Source: Eledone cirrhosa
Lineage: Eukaryota
Direction of reading: 5' to 3'
Assembly (NCBI GenBank): GCA_964016885.1
Contig: OZ024745.1
Span: forward strand, 98,394,001-98,458,000
Length of the DNA: 64,000 bases
Part shown: one piece after another, positions 1-14,927 of the stretch
Position numbering within the stretch: the first letter of the stretch is position 1
Layout: every line of letters begins with the position of its first letter
Made by a program: the position numbers and the translations under genes
Notes under the pieces: generated by a model
What the model was told of the DNA's origin: nothing
Databases searched by the model: none
The model's input: the letters and a program-made list of their open reading frames with translations, nothing else

Positions 1-154
1 GTCCCAAGGACTTTTTTTAGCCGTTGCTCGCACCAACCGGAGGTATATGGTCTTTAAAGCGATGAAATACCAATGATGGTTGGAAGATCACTGATGAAGG
101 ACTAACTTTATTCATATGTAACCCAATAGCAACCACGCAGCACGTTTATTCTTA

Positions 155-339
<185 letters not shown>

Positions 340-417
340 AATGAGTTATATGGTTCACTGGACTTAGACCATTAAGTTCACATGAAGATATGTCACTATC
401 TTAATACTAAATATTAT

Positions 418-582
418 AGGGTCGGACGCCATGCTTTGACGCATAGAGTTACGGCCCTTGCCATTCTGAGTTCAAATCCCGCCGAGGTTAACTTTGCCTT
501 TCATCCTTACGGGGTCGATAAAATAAAGTACCAGTAATACACTGGGTAATTTGCTGGCCTTGTGCCAAAAGTAGAAACAATT
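418..582 (+). mobile_element. tRNA-derived SINE, 5'-truncated, inserted into a PLE pseudo-LTR remnant
   Basis: B-box GAGTTCAAATCC, central GCCTTTCATCCTTACGGGGTCGATAAAATAAAGTACCAG and tail GGCCTTGTGCCAAAAGTAGAAACAATT are shared with about 15 copies in the window. ATTATA lies on both sides (possible TSD). Confidence 0.9.
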
Positions 583-583
583 A

Positions 584-645
584 TATTTTATCTGACGGAA
601 GCGTACTTAAATATTAGTACCCTTGAAATACGTATAATGAAATAA
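584..645 (+). ncRNA. Degenerate hammerhead ribozyme in a PLE-type terminal repeat
   Basis: TATTTTAT-CTGACGG-AAG..stem..CTT-GAAA-TACGTATA-ATGAAATA. Homologous to the intact motif at 9625-9689. Confidence 0.5.
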
Positions 646-698
646 ATATGGTCTTATAAAGCTATTTTCCACTTATTAATATTATTAATATGTATATG

Positions 699-1005
<307 letters not shown>

Positions 1006-1983
1006 ACGTATGGGTTATATCGAACATTAACAATAATATTCGATTCATTTGTAAACAAACGGTCCGATTAAAGCTGTGCCGTGCCGATGACAAGTTATCA
1101 TCCGTTTGTTCAACAGTGGCATTGAGGAACAATCAACATGTTTCTGGGTCATCACCCTTCATCACGACTGATATCCTCTCAATGATGATAGAATTACCAG
1201 CCTCCACATGTCAACAACACGTAATGATACCCCGTCATATTAACTTTGAAATTCTCACGATACTAGACATGTTCTTTTCCCCTCACTCATTGAAAAGTGT
1301 ATCTTTGCCCGAAATATCAAGGTAAAGCAGAAAAATATCAGGGAGATGTTGTGTAGTAAGAGAGCACCAGTGAGCACAAACCTTGCTGGTTTAAATGTTG
1401 AGAGAGAAAGAGTGAGATTGTTCGATTATATATAATATTTGAGGACTTGGTTGTTGTTTAGAACATTTTAGTTCTTCGATAAAATCTCATTATACCCGTT
1501 CAATTTGATATTGAAATATTGTGAAACAAAGAGAAAATGAAGACATCTGTTAAGTACGGATAGAGTTAATTATTAGTCATCCAGAGATTTGATACGACGT
1601 TCAAATACTCGGATCAGTTGTGTTAATAGAAGTTATTTATAACAAGAAAAGTTTGTACTGATATGATATCTGTGTGGAGATGTTATGAGGTGTTTGTATT
1701 ACAGAGTGAATGCGTTGATGACTAACGTGTGGCTTACTAACCTGCGTGTGTTATGACTTGAATGAGACAACCTGCCATATTAGGCAAGCTGCCACAGATG
1801 AAGTCGCGTCGAGCGTCACACAGCAGGATAAATAAAAAGAACACTGCTGAGTTGTGTTGAGATCAGAGTGACAAGAGAGAAACATAGGCGAGATGAGGTC
1901 AATATACTCCTTCATTCCATCATAGATATACTAAGCCATGACGTTAGAGTTATGTTGGTCAGTGTTACATACTGTTTTCGCCA

Positions 1984-3266
1984 CACATACATACATGCAT
2001 ACATACATACATACATACATACATACATGCATGCATACATACATACATGCATGCATACATACATACATGCATACATACATACATACATGCATACATACAT
2101 ACATACATACATACATACATACATACATGCATGCATACATACATACATGCATACATACATACATACATACATGCATACATACATACATGCATGCATACAT
2201 ACATACATACATACATACATACATGCATGCATACATACATACATGCATGCATACATACATACATGCATACATACATACATACATGCATACATACATACAT
2301 GCATACATACATACATGCATACATACATACATACATACATACATACATACATGCATGCATACATACATACATGCATACATACATACATACATACATGCAT
2401 ACATACATACATGCATACATACATACATGCATACATACATACATACATACATACATACATACATACATAAATACATACATACATACATACATACATACAT
2501 ACATACATACATGCATACATACATACATACATGCATACATACATACATACATACATACATACATACATACATGCATACATGCATACATACATGCATACAT
2601 GCATACATACATACATACATACATACATACATACATACATACATAAATACATACATACATACATACATACATACATACATACATACATACATACATACAT
2701 ACATACATACATACATGCATACATACATACATACATACATACATGCATACATACATACATACATGCATACATACATACATACATACATACATACATACAT
2801 GCATACATGCATACATACATACATACATGCATACATACATACATACATGCATACATACATACATGCATACATACATGCATACATACATGCATGCATACAT
2901 ACATACATACATACATACATACATACATGCATGCATACATACATGCATGCATGCATACATGCATACATACATACATGCATACATACATACATGCATACAT
3001 ACATGCATACATACATGCATGCATACATACATACATACATACATGCATACATACATACATGCATACATTCATACATACATGCATGCATACATACATGCAT
3101 ACATACATACATACATACATACATACATACATGCATGCATACATGCATACACACATACATGCATACATACATGCATACATACATGCATGCATACATACAT
3201 GCATACATACATACATACATACATACATACATACATACATACATACATACATACATACATACATAC
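1984..3266. repeat. (CATA)n/(CATG) tetranucleotide array, about 1.3 kb
   Basis: CATA units with interspersed CATG variants. Source of the HTYI and MYVC pseudo-ORFs. Confidence 0.97.
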
Positions 3267-3857
3267 ATGGTGGCTGCCAACTCGTTTTCGAGTACGGCCA
3301 CTACTTTATATCCATGTAGGAGAACCCCTACCGATGCGCTGAACAAGTGTGACTTTTTAGTCCAGCCAGCGACTTGAAAACTCTGGTACAAACTCTTCAC
3401 ATGTGACAATTATTGACACAGTGCTGGGCCCATGGTACCATGTGATAACAAGTGCAGAGAGATCTCCAGATACAAAGCAATGCCTGTGCCGTGAAGCTTT
3501 TATAGTGAGCAAAGGCACTGCACAAAGCCAGTCCCACTCTCTTAACCAAGATGATATATGTCAGGTCACTAGTTGGTGCTACTGGGAACATGTATCCCAG
3601 TACAACCTGTCCCATGGTCGGGTCGTTGGCGACTAAACTGGCAACCCCACCAAGGTTTCTTGGTGAGGAGGGTGACTTTGGACATCCTGCAGGACTAAAA
3701 ACAAAACCTGTCAAAGGGCAAAGGAGCTCTTAAGAGTCAATGGCCATCCAAAATCACCGGGAAAGATGACCCCTTAGTCTTTGTCAAGGCAGAATTCTAG
3801 GAGAAGGAAAACTCTGATATAACACCTGCAACCCTGATGGTATCCAATGATGTTGAC
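3267..3857 (-). mobile_element. Non-autonomous RTE-derived element, copy 1, with inverted 5' part
   Basis: 3267-3557 matches the 3' half of the copy at 11434-11963 in reverse, while 3641-3857 matches its 5' half in forward orientation. Contains RTE-type 5'UTR motif CTAGGAGAAGGAAAACTCTGA. Confidence 0.85.
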
Positions 3858-4040
3858 ATACATACATACATACATACATACATACATACATACATACATA
3901 CATACATACATACATACATGCATACATACATGCATACATGCATACATACATACATTCATACATACATACATGCATACATACATACATACATACATACATA
4001 CATACATACATACATACATACATACATACATACATACATA
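3858..4040. repeat. (CATA)n array
   Basis: Direct reading of the sequence. Confidence 0.95.
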
Positions 4041-4041
4041 G

Positions 4042-4364
4042 GAGGACATCTACGGACCATTGATGAGGAGTTTACAAATCCAGTATCCAAGATACACCTT
4101 TAGCTTCATACCCATCATTATTGGAGCTACGGGTTATATACCAACCCGCTTGGACCAAAGTATGACTGAACTTGGATTTGCGGACAAAAAGCGCAGCTCC
4201 CTAATTTATAGTCTATAAATGGCTGCGATAGCTGGCACCTTCAAAATTTGCAAAACATTCTTGTGATTCAAGGGATGACTATTTATTTTCTTTTACAACC
4301 TTGCCACCAGGAAGGTGGCCGGTCGGTCAAAAAAAATATACTCGAAATTAAGAGAAAGAGATAA
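4042..4364 (+). mobile_element. 5'-truncated Dong/R4-type LINE 3' end inserted in (CATA)n
   Basis: Translates EDIYGPLMRSLQIQYPRYTFSFIPIIIGATGY...GTFKICKTFL* (one internal stop). Homologous to the RLE C-terminus ENIYAELMRNLQILHPDYTFRFMPVSIGALGY...TVKICKTF at 39500-39740. Confidence 0.85.
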
Positions 4365-4929
4365 CATACATACATACATGCATATATACATACATACATA
4401 CATGCATGCATGCATACATACATACATACATACATACATACATTCATACATACATACATACATACATGCATACATACATGCATACATACATACATGCATA
4501 CATGCATGCATACATACATACATGCATAGATGCATGCATACATACATACATACATACATACATACATACATACATACATGCATGCATACATGAATGCATA
4601 CATACATACATACATGCATACATGCATGCATACATACATACATGCATGCATTCATACATACATGCATACATACATGCATGCATACATACATACATACATG
4701 CATACATAGATACATACATACAGACATACATGCATAGATGCATGCATACATGCATACATACATACATGCATACATACATGCATACATACATACATACATA
4801 CATACATACATACATACATACAGACAGACAGATATACATACATGCATAGATGCATACATACATGCATACATACATATATACATACATAGATGCATACATA
4901 TATACATTCATACGTGCATACGTACATAC
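4365..4929. repeat. Degenerate (CATA/CATG)n array
   Basis: Direct reading of the sequence. Confidence 0.95.
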
Positions 4930-5068
4930 AATGAAAGAATCTTGTTTCTATGTTAGAAACTGACTTTCACTCTCTCTCTCTCCCTCTCCCCAACCTCTCT
5001 CTCCCTCCCTCTCTATCTCCCTCTCTCTCTCTTGGTGAAAATTTATAAAATGATAAAACCAGAAGAAT
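4930..5068 (+). mobile_element. 3'UTR fragment of the Dong/R4 family
   Basis: TCTTGTTTCTATGTTAGAAAC...(CT)n...TTGGT...ATAAAACCAGAAGAA matches the reverse complement of 39274-39350. Confidence 0.7.
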
Positions 5069-5175
5069 ATATATAAGTGGAGGTACGTGTATTTTTTTCC
5101 TATTTTTCTCCGTGAATATGCCACAGAGTTTTTAGTACGGTTGAGAATGCCAAACTGTACTACAGCCTTTATATG

Positions 5176-5309
<134 letters not shown>

Positions 5310-5324
5310 GGGTTAGCAATATCC

Positions 5325-5530
5325 TGAGATGTCAATAAAAAAAATACCTTATTAAACCCTTCAAAAGTGTAAAACTGTCACTTACCTGGATATCATTAAT
5401 TTCTTAGTCGTTACCTTCAAATTTGCAACAAATAAACACAAACTTTATAACGAATATAATACAAATTCTCATATAGAGTCACCTGTCATACACCTATATT
5501 TAAAAAAAAACTTTCAATAATGTCAGGTAA
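5325..5530 (+). pseudogene. Highly degraded PLE reverse-transcriptase fragment (possible)
   Basis: IINFLVVTFKFATNKHKLYNE resembles IVNFLDATLNINTGLVRPFHK of the PLE at 51810-52601. Confidence 0.3.
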
Positions 5531-5533
5531 AGA

Positions 5534-7340
<1,807 letters not shown>

Positions 7341-7525
7341 TAACTGCTCTGTAGAACAACTGATGTTATTACATTGAGCTATTTATCTTACTGGTAATAA
7401 GGTAGTAATAAATTACTGTCTTTCACTGTTTAGGGTTTAAAATATATATAACTATAAAAAGTTTTAGTATATACATAACCATAAATAGTATCCTTAATAC
7501 TATATATGTATGTATGTATATATGC

Positions 7526-7558
<33 letters not shown>

Positions 7559-7965
7559 TGTATGTATGTATGTATGTATGTATGTATGTATGTATGTGTG
7601 TGTATGTATGCATGTATGCATATATATATATACATATATATATATAAAAAACATGAGAAGAAAGAAGAATACTGCGTGGTTTGCACATGGGTTACATATG
7701 ATAAAAATAGTCCTTCGTCAGTGATTTTCCAACCATCATTGGTATTTATACATATATATAATTATATATATGTATGTGTATATATAATTATATATATGTA
7801 TATATATTATATATATACACAATATATATATCTATATTCTCTCCATCTTAACATGCTAACCATACTCCCACACACACACACACACACACACAACTGCCTC
7901 CCCCATTTCTACTAATAGAATCATATTCCTACACACACACACCAGCACACACATAAACATACATA

Positions 7966-9125
7966 TCTCTACTTTAGAAAGTCTGAATTTTGACACGCCA
8001 GCACACCAGCCATATTCACTGAACCAGAACAATTCTCCCCATCCCGTTTTTCTTGACCATTATCTTTTGTTTGGCACAAAATTCTCTAAATGGCTACAAA
8101 AAAATTCCAAAATACGGGCGCAAAATTTAATGAACTTGTTCACGTGGCAGTCATAATTTCATTTATAACCAATCAAGTTACATTTATTTAAAAAAAGCCT
8201 TCATGATCCACCTTTTTTTTAAGTAAAAAGAAATTCAAACACAAACTGGCGCGAAAGCTGATGCGCTTATTCACGTGACTGCATCAACCAACTAAACTTC
8301 ACTCATATATGAAAAAACAACCTGAGCCTCCCCCCCCCCCCTTTTTTTTAAAGGCAAATATAATAAGAACTTTGTAACGTGAACTGGCGCGAAATTTATT
8401 GTACTTATTCACCAACCAACCAAATTACTTCTCTAAAAACCTAGCATTTCGAGCCACTTTTTTTTCCATATAAAACAGAAGTAACATTCAAAGACCAACC
8501 AGATGTGAGAAAAACCATAAACCCTCCATTTCAATTCTTCTTTTGAAAAGCAGAAGAACTGCGAAACCGGTAAAGGGACCAAATAAATATATATATTTTT
8601 TAAAAAAGACTCCAGTTGCATTTTCGATTTCAGCTTTTTTCCTTATATATATATATATTAATTTCAACAATGTCAGTATTCCCTGTGTCATAATTCTCGA
8701 TTATCATTGGTTCATAGGTTTCAAACGACTCCGCCCACCTCAACGACGCCAAACTTTGATTAATATGCATAATGCCAATGAGGGACTGAGAGGTGAGAGT
8801 AAGAAACAGAGAGGCAAAGTGAAAACTGTAACTATTACCATGTGTGCGTGTGTATGTACGTGCGCGTATGTTTATGTGTGTGTGCATGCAGCGTGCCACA
8901 GAAAGTAAAAGCAATTCGACTTTATCAAACAGTGAACTACAGCGGCGACGGCGTACAGCCAGGAATGAAGAAAAACGGGCCGAACAGCGCCATCGGAACG
9001 CCGAACTTCAGAGGCGAAGACGTGCCGCCATGAATGAAGAGGAGCTGGCTAAACAACGCCAACTAAACACTTGAGCCAAGCAGCGACGGCGTGCTGCGAT
9101 GGTTGAAGACGAACTGGCTGAGCAT
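7966..9125 (+). mobile_element. Helitron 5' region with STPR-like repeat coding remnant
   Basis: TCTCTACTTTAGAAAGTCTGA resembles the Helitron 5' ends at 37371 and 63641. 8928-9125 encodes 23-aa periodic NSELQRRRRTARNEEKRAEQRHR / NAELQRRRRAAMNEEELAKQRQL / NT*AKQRRRAAMVEDELAEH, like STPR repeats found N-terminal in some RepHel proteins. Confidence 0.5.
8117..8425 (+). promoter_or_regulatory. Three roughly 135-bp repeats, each with an E2F-type site; two also carry an E-box
   Basis: GGCGCAAAA at 8117, GGCGCGAAA at 8248 and 8386. CACGTG at 8141 and 8272. AACCAAT or AACCAAC lies downstream of each site. Confidence 0.45.
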
Positions 9126-9624
9126 CATCTTTTATATTAATAATCTATATCTATATCTACAAATAATATAAAAGATTGGAACTTCCATCATCCTTTTGAG
9201 AAACGTGGAACAACCACGTCTATGCATTGATACACGTTTTACAGTCAGACAGACGATGAACCATCTCCTAGAGGTCACTATTCAAGGTGGGAGCACCTAG
9301 AATTGTTCATATACTATGCACAAACGGTACAACGAAGAATCTGGTATATCTGGAAGATTTTTTTACACCACGGACTCGCCTCATACTGTAACCAGACAAA
9401 CAACCAATACAGTCATTTTCTCTTTTACCTGTCTTCTCTTATCATCTGTTTACCCGGGCGAATTTGTATTTAATTTGTTGGAATTCCGACAAACATAAAT
9501 GCTTATAACTGATTTAGAGCACTCAACAGTTTAGTGGAGTAAATATTCCAAGACTATCCAGTGAATTTCCGACCGATAAGTTTTGATTATCATGGATATG
9601 TCTTTATTTATAAAACACACTTTG

Positions 9625-9689
9625 TATTTTATCTGATGAAAGCGCACCAAGTTTGCCTTGGTTGCCCTTGAAATAGATATAATAAAATA
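9625..9689 (+). ncRNA. Type I hammerhead ribozyme (minimal stem III) in a PLE pseudo-LTR remnant at about 9540-9715
   Basis: Stem I TATTTTAT/ATAAAATA, core CTGATGA, stem II AAG-CGCACCAAG..CTTGGTTGCC-CTT, GAAA, short stem III, ATA cleavage triplet. Confidence 0.7.
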
Positions 9690-9803
9690 AATATGGTTTT
9701 ATAAATATAGTTGAATAAATGAAGAGAACAAAAAACAGAGAGGTAGTACAAATGATATGGTTTTTAGTTTCACGCTTGAGAGTGGGGGATGCATCTATAT
9801 ATA

Positions 9804-9853
<50 letters not shown>

Positions 9854-10259
9854 ATAGCATCATTGAAATTGGTTTATATATTTACTAGTAATAGTATAAT
9901 AATATTCCAATTACATATTGGAATATTAATTGTATTTCTATTAACGTATTTCAATATTAAAAGATCAATATTAAAAGATCAATGTTAAAAGTGCAATATT
10001 GAATCTTTATTCTAAATTATTTATATTAAAAAAAAAATAAGTTCTACTCAAGATGATAAGGCTAAAGTTTTCGTTTGTAGATTTGTTTTCTCTTAGTTTT
10101 TGTTGTAACCACACTTGGCGTATCTATGTTTAATGTATGTATGGTCCCATACCCCCTGATAGGACACCCTATTGACATACGGCATTTCTTGGGCATTTTA
10201 AGCCTGGCGGAGCCCATCCCTCTCCAGGTCTGAGTACAGCAGATTTCTTCCAGAGAAAT

Positions 10260-10418
10260 ATAGAAAGAGATATAGAGGAAGAATCGATTCCAGTACTAGG
10301 CTGGTACTTTTGTTTATCGGCCGCAGGATTTGAACTCAGAGTGCAGAAAGCTGGCACGAATACCATAAAGCTTTCAATTCTATCCAACGTTCTAACGACT
10401 CGGCCAATTCGCCGCCTC
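10260..10418 (-). mobile_element. tRNA-derived SINE, related subfamily
   Basis: Reverse complement begins AGGCGGCGAATTGGCCGAGTCGTTAGA (A-box) and contains GAGTTCAAATCC (B-box). Confidence 0.7.
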
Positions 10419-10542
10419 TGTTTAATAGGCGAGTGAAATATACACTTGGTTTCCATTTAACTCCTTCAAAAGAACATCTAGTGAATCGTTCACAACATGG
10501 CTGTCTCCAAAACTTTTAAAACCCGGTTAGGACTCTTTTACA

Positions 10543-10718
10543 GGCAGTATCGGTAGAGGGTCGGACGCCATGCTTTCCAGCATAGTTACGTCCCTTTACG
10601 ATCTGAGTTCAAATCCCGCCGAGGTTGACTTTGCCTTTCATCCTTACGGGGTCGATAAAATAAGGTACCAGTAATGCACTGGGTAATTGCTGGCCTTGTG
10701 CCTAAAGTAGAAACAATT
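10543..10718 (+). mobile_element. tRNA-derived SINE
   Basis: Same family as 418-582, with A-box GGCAGTATCGGTAG. Confidence 0.9.
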
Positions 10719-11199
10719 GTTGTGATTTATTCACCCGTTTTCTTTATATAAAAAAAGAGAAAATCGTATCTAATCTGTTTCCCATTTATTTGGCAACAGC
10801 AGTAACAAAAGATATTCCAGTTGCATATATCAATCTTCACAAATCTCATCAATGCAATATTGAATTTGAATTATAAATTTATATATTTATAGAAATCAGA
10901 TAAATTTTTCAAATCAGAAAGTTTTTTTCAAATATCTTTCAAATCAGATAAATTTTTCAGACTAGAATTTGAGCGAGAGATGTGGCATGATAAATGTACT
11001 TATATGTGTGTGTGTATGCGAATGTGTGTGTGTTTGTGTGTGCGGAAGCGAGATATCTGCGTTGTAGCCGTCATCTTATAGGGTGCAAAAAGTGAAACAA
11101 ATTAAGCGACCCCCACGCACAAACACACTCATTCACACATACAGACACTGACGCACACACACACACACACATATATATATATCTATGTGTGTGTATGTG

Positions 11200-11240
<41 letters not shown>

Positions 11241-11242
<2 letters not shown>

Positions 11243-11358
11243 CGAAGGAAATGTGGTAAGGAACCAGGTGGACCATAACGCACCAAAGTACTCGATACTT
11301 GAGGTAGTAGAGTGGGTAATAGGAACCAGTAAGACCCCGGGGTCTTACTGGTTCCTAT

Positions 11359-11360
<2 letters not shown>
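11241..11360 (-). mobile_element. PLE pseudo-LTR 3'-end fragment capped by a perfect 44-bp palindrome
   Basis: 11241-11338 is homologous to the reverse complement of 56880-56978. 11317-11360 TAATAGGAACCAGTAAGACCCC|GGGGTCTTACTGGTTCCTATTA is a loopless palindrome. Both flanks are (TA)n. Confidence 0.65.
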
Positions 11361-11397
<37 letters not shown>

Positions 11398-11433
11398 ATG
11401 TGTATGTATACGTATATATATATATATATATAT

Positions 11434-11963
11434 GGCAACCCCACCAAGGTTTCTTGGGGAGGAGGGTGGCTTTGGACATCCTGCAGGACTAAAAACAAAA
11501 CCTGTCAAAAGGCAAAGGGGCTCTTAAGAGTCAATAGCCATCCAAAATCACCGGGAGAGATGACCCCTTAGCCTTTGTCAAGGCAGAATTCTAGGAGAAG
11601 GAAAACTCTGATATAACACCTGCAACCCTGATGGTATCCAATGATGTTGAATTGTTCTTCTTTTTGGTAAATATCATCTTGGTTAAGAGAGTGGGACTGG
11701 CTTTGTGCAGTGCCTTTGCTCACTATAACAGCTTCACGGCACAGGCATTGCTTTATATCAGGAGATCTCTCTGCACTTGTCGTCACATGGTACCATGGGC
11801 CCAGCACTATGTGTCAATAATTGTCACAGGTGTAGTGTTTGTACCAGAGTTTTCAAGTCGCTGGCTGGACTAAAAATTCACACTCGTTCAGCGCATTGGT
11901 AGGGGTTCTCCTACATGGATATAAAGTAGTGGCCGTACTCGAAAACGAGTTGGCAGCCACCAT
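11434..11963 (+). mobile_element. Non-autonomous RTE-derived element, copy 2
   Basis: RTE-like 5'UTR motif joined to a C-terminal zinc-finger remnant and the 3' end CTCGAAAACGAGTTGGCAGCCACCAT. Confidence 0.85.
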
Positions 11964-12099
11964 ATATATATGTATGTAAGTATGTGTGGATGTATATATA
12001 TATATATATATATAATGGAAAATTTGAACAGGAACAAAACAGAGAGGCAGTACAACGAATGTTTATTAACTACACGCTCTGGAGAGTGGGGTGGTGGTG

Positions 12100-12137
12100 G
12101 GGAACGACGTTTCGGGCATAAGCCCTTCTTCAGGTGA
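12100..12137 (-). ncRNA. Minimal Penelope-type hammerhead ribozyme in a pseudo-LTR remnant at about 12015-12245
   Basis: Reverse complement reads CTGAAGA-AGGGC-TTAT-GCCC-GAAAC-GTC. Stem I is weak. The flank is similar to 9705-9790. Confidence 0.7.
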
Positions 12138-12298
12138 AAAGTGTGTGGGAAGAGAGTTCAAAGGGTGTGTAGGGGAGTGGTGGAGAGACATATAGCGAAA
12201 AGGGGGTGGGAGGAAACGGTGCGAATGAAATTAAAAATAAAAGCATATATATATATATATATATAAATATAAATATATATATATGTGTGTGTATGTGT

Positions 12299-12356
<58 letters not shown>

Positions 12357-12660
12357 ATATATATATAAATATAAATATATATATGTGTGTGTGAGTGTGT
12401 GTGAAATAAGTATACCCACACATACATACATTCATACATACATACATACATACATACATACATACATACATACATACATACATACATGACCTAACGAACT
12501 CACAGGCTCACAACCACACACACGTACACACACACAACACACACACAGTTGCACATCAACATTTACACTATTCAAAATGATTGTCATTTGTTTCTCTTCT
12601 CTGTTGACAGATGGCTCTGGTATTGGAGGTGCCGGCGTGGTTGTCAATAACAGAGGCGGT

Positions 12661-14927
12661 ACTGTGTGGTGTGGTGTGGTGTAGTGGTGTGGTGTGGTGT
12701 GGTGTCGTGTCGTGTGGTGTCGTGTGGTGTAGTGTGGTGTAGTGTAGTGTGGTGTGGTGTGGTGTGGTGTAGTGTGGTGTGGTGTGGTGTAGTGTGGTGT
12801 GGTGTGGTGTGGTGTAGTGTAGTGTGGTGTGGTGTAGTGTAGTGTGGTGTGGTGTGGTGTAGTGTGGTATGGTGTAATAGGGTGTGGTGTGGTGTGGTGT
12901 GGTATGGTGTGGTGTAGTGTAGTGTGGTGTCGTGTCGTGTCGTGTAATGTGGTGTGGTGTAGTGTAGTGTGGTGTGGTGTAGTGTAGTGTGGTGTGGAGT
13001 GGTGTAGTGTGGTGTGGTGTGGTGTGCTGTAGTGTAGTGTGGTGTGGTGTAGTGTAGTGTAGTATGGTGTGATGTGGTGTGGTGTGGTGTGGTGTGGTGT
13101 GGTGTAGTGTGGTGTGGTGTGGTGTAGTGTGGTGCGGTGTAGTGCGGTGTGGTGTGGTGTAGTGTAGTGTGGTGTCGTGTCGTGTGGTGTGGTGTAGTGT
13201 GGTGTGGTGTGGTGGTGTGATGTGGTGTGGTGTGGTGTGGCGTGGTATGGTGTGGTATGGTGTGGTGTGGTATGGTGTGGTGTGGTGTAGTGTGGTGTGG
13301 TGTGAAATGGTGTGGTGTGGTGTGGTGTGGTGTGGTGGTGTGGTGTGGTGTGGTGTGGTGTGGTGGTGTGGTGTGGTGTGGTGTGGTGTAGTGTAGTGTG
13401 GTGTAGTGTGGTGTGGTGTAGTGTGGTTTAGTGTAGTGTGGTGTGGTGTAGTGTGGTGTGGTGTGGTATGGTGTGGTGTGGTATGGTGTGGTGTGGTGTG
13501 GTATGGTGTGGTATGGTGTGGTGTGGTGTGGTGTGGTGTGGTGTGGTGTGGTGTGGTGCAGTGTAGTGTGGTGTGGTGTAGTGTAGTGTGGTGTGGTTTG
13601 GTGTGGTGTGGTGTGGTATGGTGTGGTGTGGTGTGGTGTGGTGTGGTGTGGTGTGGTGTGGTGTGGTGTGGTGTGGTATGGTGTGGTATGTTGTGGTGTG
13701 GTGTGGTGTGGTGTGGTATGGTGTGGTGTGGTGTGGTGTGGTGTGGTATGGTGTAGTGTGGTGTGGTGTGGTATGGTGTGGTGTGGTGTAGTGTGGTGTG
13801 AAATGGTGTGGTGTGGTGTGGTGTGGTGGTGTGGTGTGGTGTGGTGTAGTGTGGTGTGGTGTGAAATGGTGTGGTGTGGTGTGGTGTGGTGTGGTGTGGT
13901 GTGGTGGTGTGGTGTGGTGTGGTGTGGTGTGGTGTAGTGTAGTGTGGTGTGGTGTAGTGTAGTGTGGTGTAGTGTAGTGTGGTGTGGTGTAGTGTGATGT
14001 GGTGGTGTGGTGTGGTGTGGTATGGTGTGGTGTGGTATGGTGTGGTGTGGTGTAGTGTAGTGTGGTGTGGTGTAGTGTGCTGTGGTGTGGTATGGTGTGG
14101 TGTGGTGTGATGTGGTGTGGTGTGGTGGTGTGGTGTAGTGCGGTGTGGTGTGATGTAGTGTAGTGTGGTATGGTGTGGTGTGGTATGGTGTGGTGTGGTG
14201 TGGTGTGGTGTGGTGTAGTGTAGTGTGGTGTGGTGTGGTATGGTGTGGTATGGTATGGTGTGGTGTGGTGTAGTGTAGTGTGGTGTGGTATGGTGTAGTG
14301 TGCTGTGGTGTGGTGTAGTGTGCTGTGGTGTGGTGGTGTGGTGTACTGTGGTGTAGTGGAGTGTGCTGTGGTGTAGTGTAGTGTGGTGTGGTGTAGTGTG
14401 GTGTAGTGTAGTGTGCTGTGGTGTAGTGTGCTGTGGTATGGTGTGGTGTAGTGTAGTGTGCTGTGGTGTAGTGTAGTGTGCTGTGGTGTAGTGTAGTGTG
14501 CTGTGGTGTGGTGTAGTGTAGTGTAGTGTGCTGTGGTGTAGTGTGGTGTGGTGTGGTGTGGTATGGTGTGGTGTAGTGTAGTGTAGTGTGGTGTAGTGTG
14601 CTGTGGTGTAGTGTAGTGTAGTGTGCTGTGGTGTAGTGTAGTGTGCTGTGGTGTAGTGTAGTGTAGTGTAGTGTAGTGTGCTGTGGTGTAGTGTAGTGTA
14701 GTGTGCTGTGGTGTAGTGTAGAGTGCTGTGGTGTGGTGTGGTGTAGTGTAGTGTATTGTGGTGTGCTGTGGTACAGTGTAGTGTGCTGTGGTGTGGTGTA
14801 GTGTAGCGTAGTGTGCTGTGGTATAGTGTAGTGTGCTGTGGTGTGGTGTGGTGTAGTGGAGTGTGCTGTGGTATAGTGTAGTGTAGTGTGGTGTGGTGTG
14901 GTGTAGTGTAGTGTATTGTGGTGTGGT
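12661..14927. repeat. Pentanucleotide satellite (GTGTG/GTGTA/GTATG/CTGTG)n, about 2.3 kb
   Basis: Direct reading. Variant composition drifts along the array, with GTGTA and CTGTG enriched distally. Confidence 0.95.

Noticed and set aside
1074-1321. Possible host exon ending in AAG|GTAAAG
   Set aside because: The frame is open and the site is donor-like, but the acceptor is weak and I see no recognisable protein similarity. It cannot be supported without RNA data.
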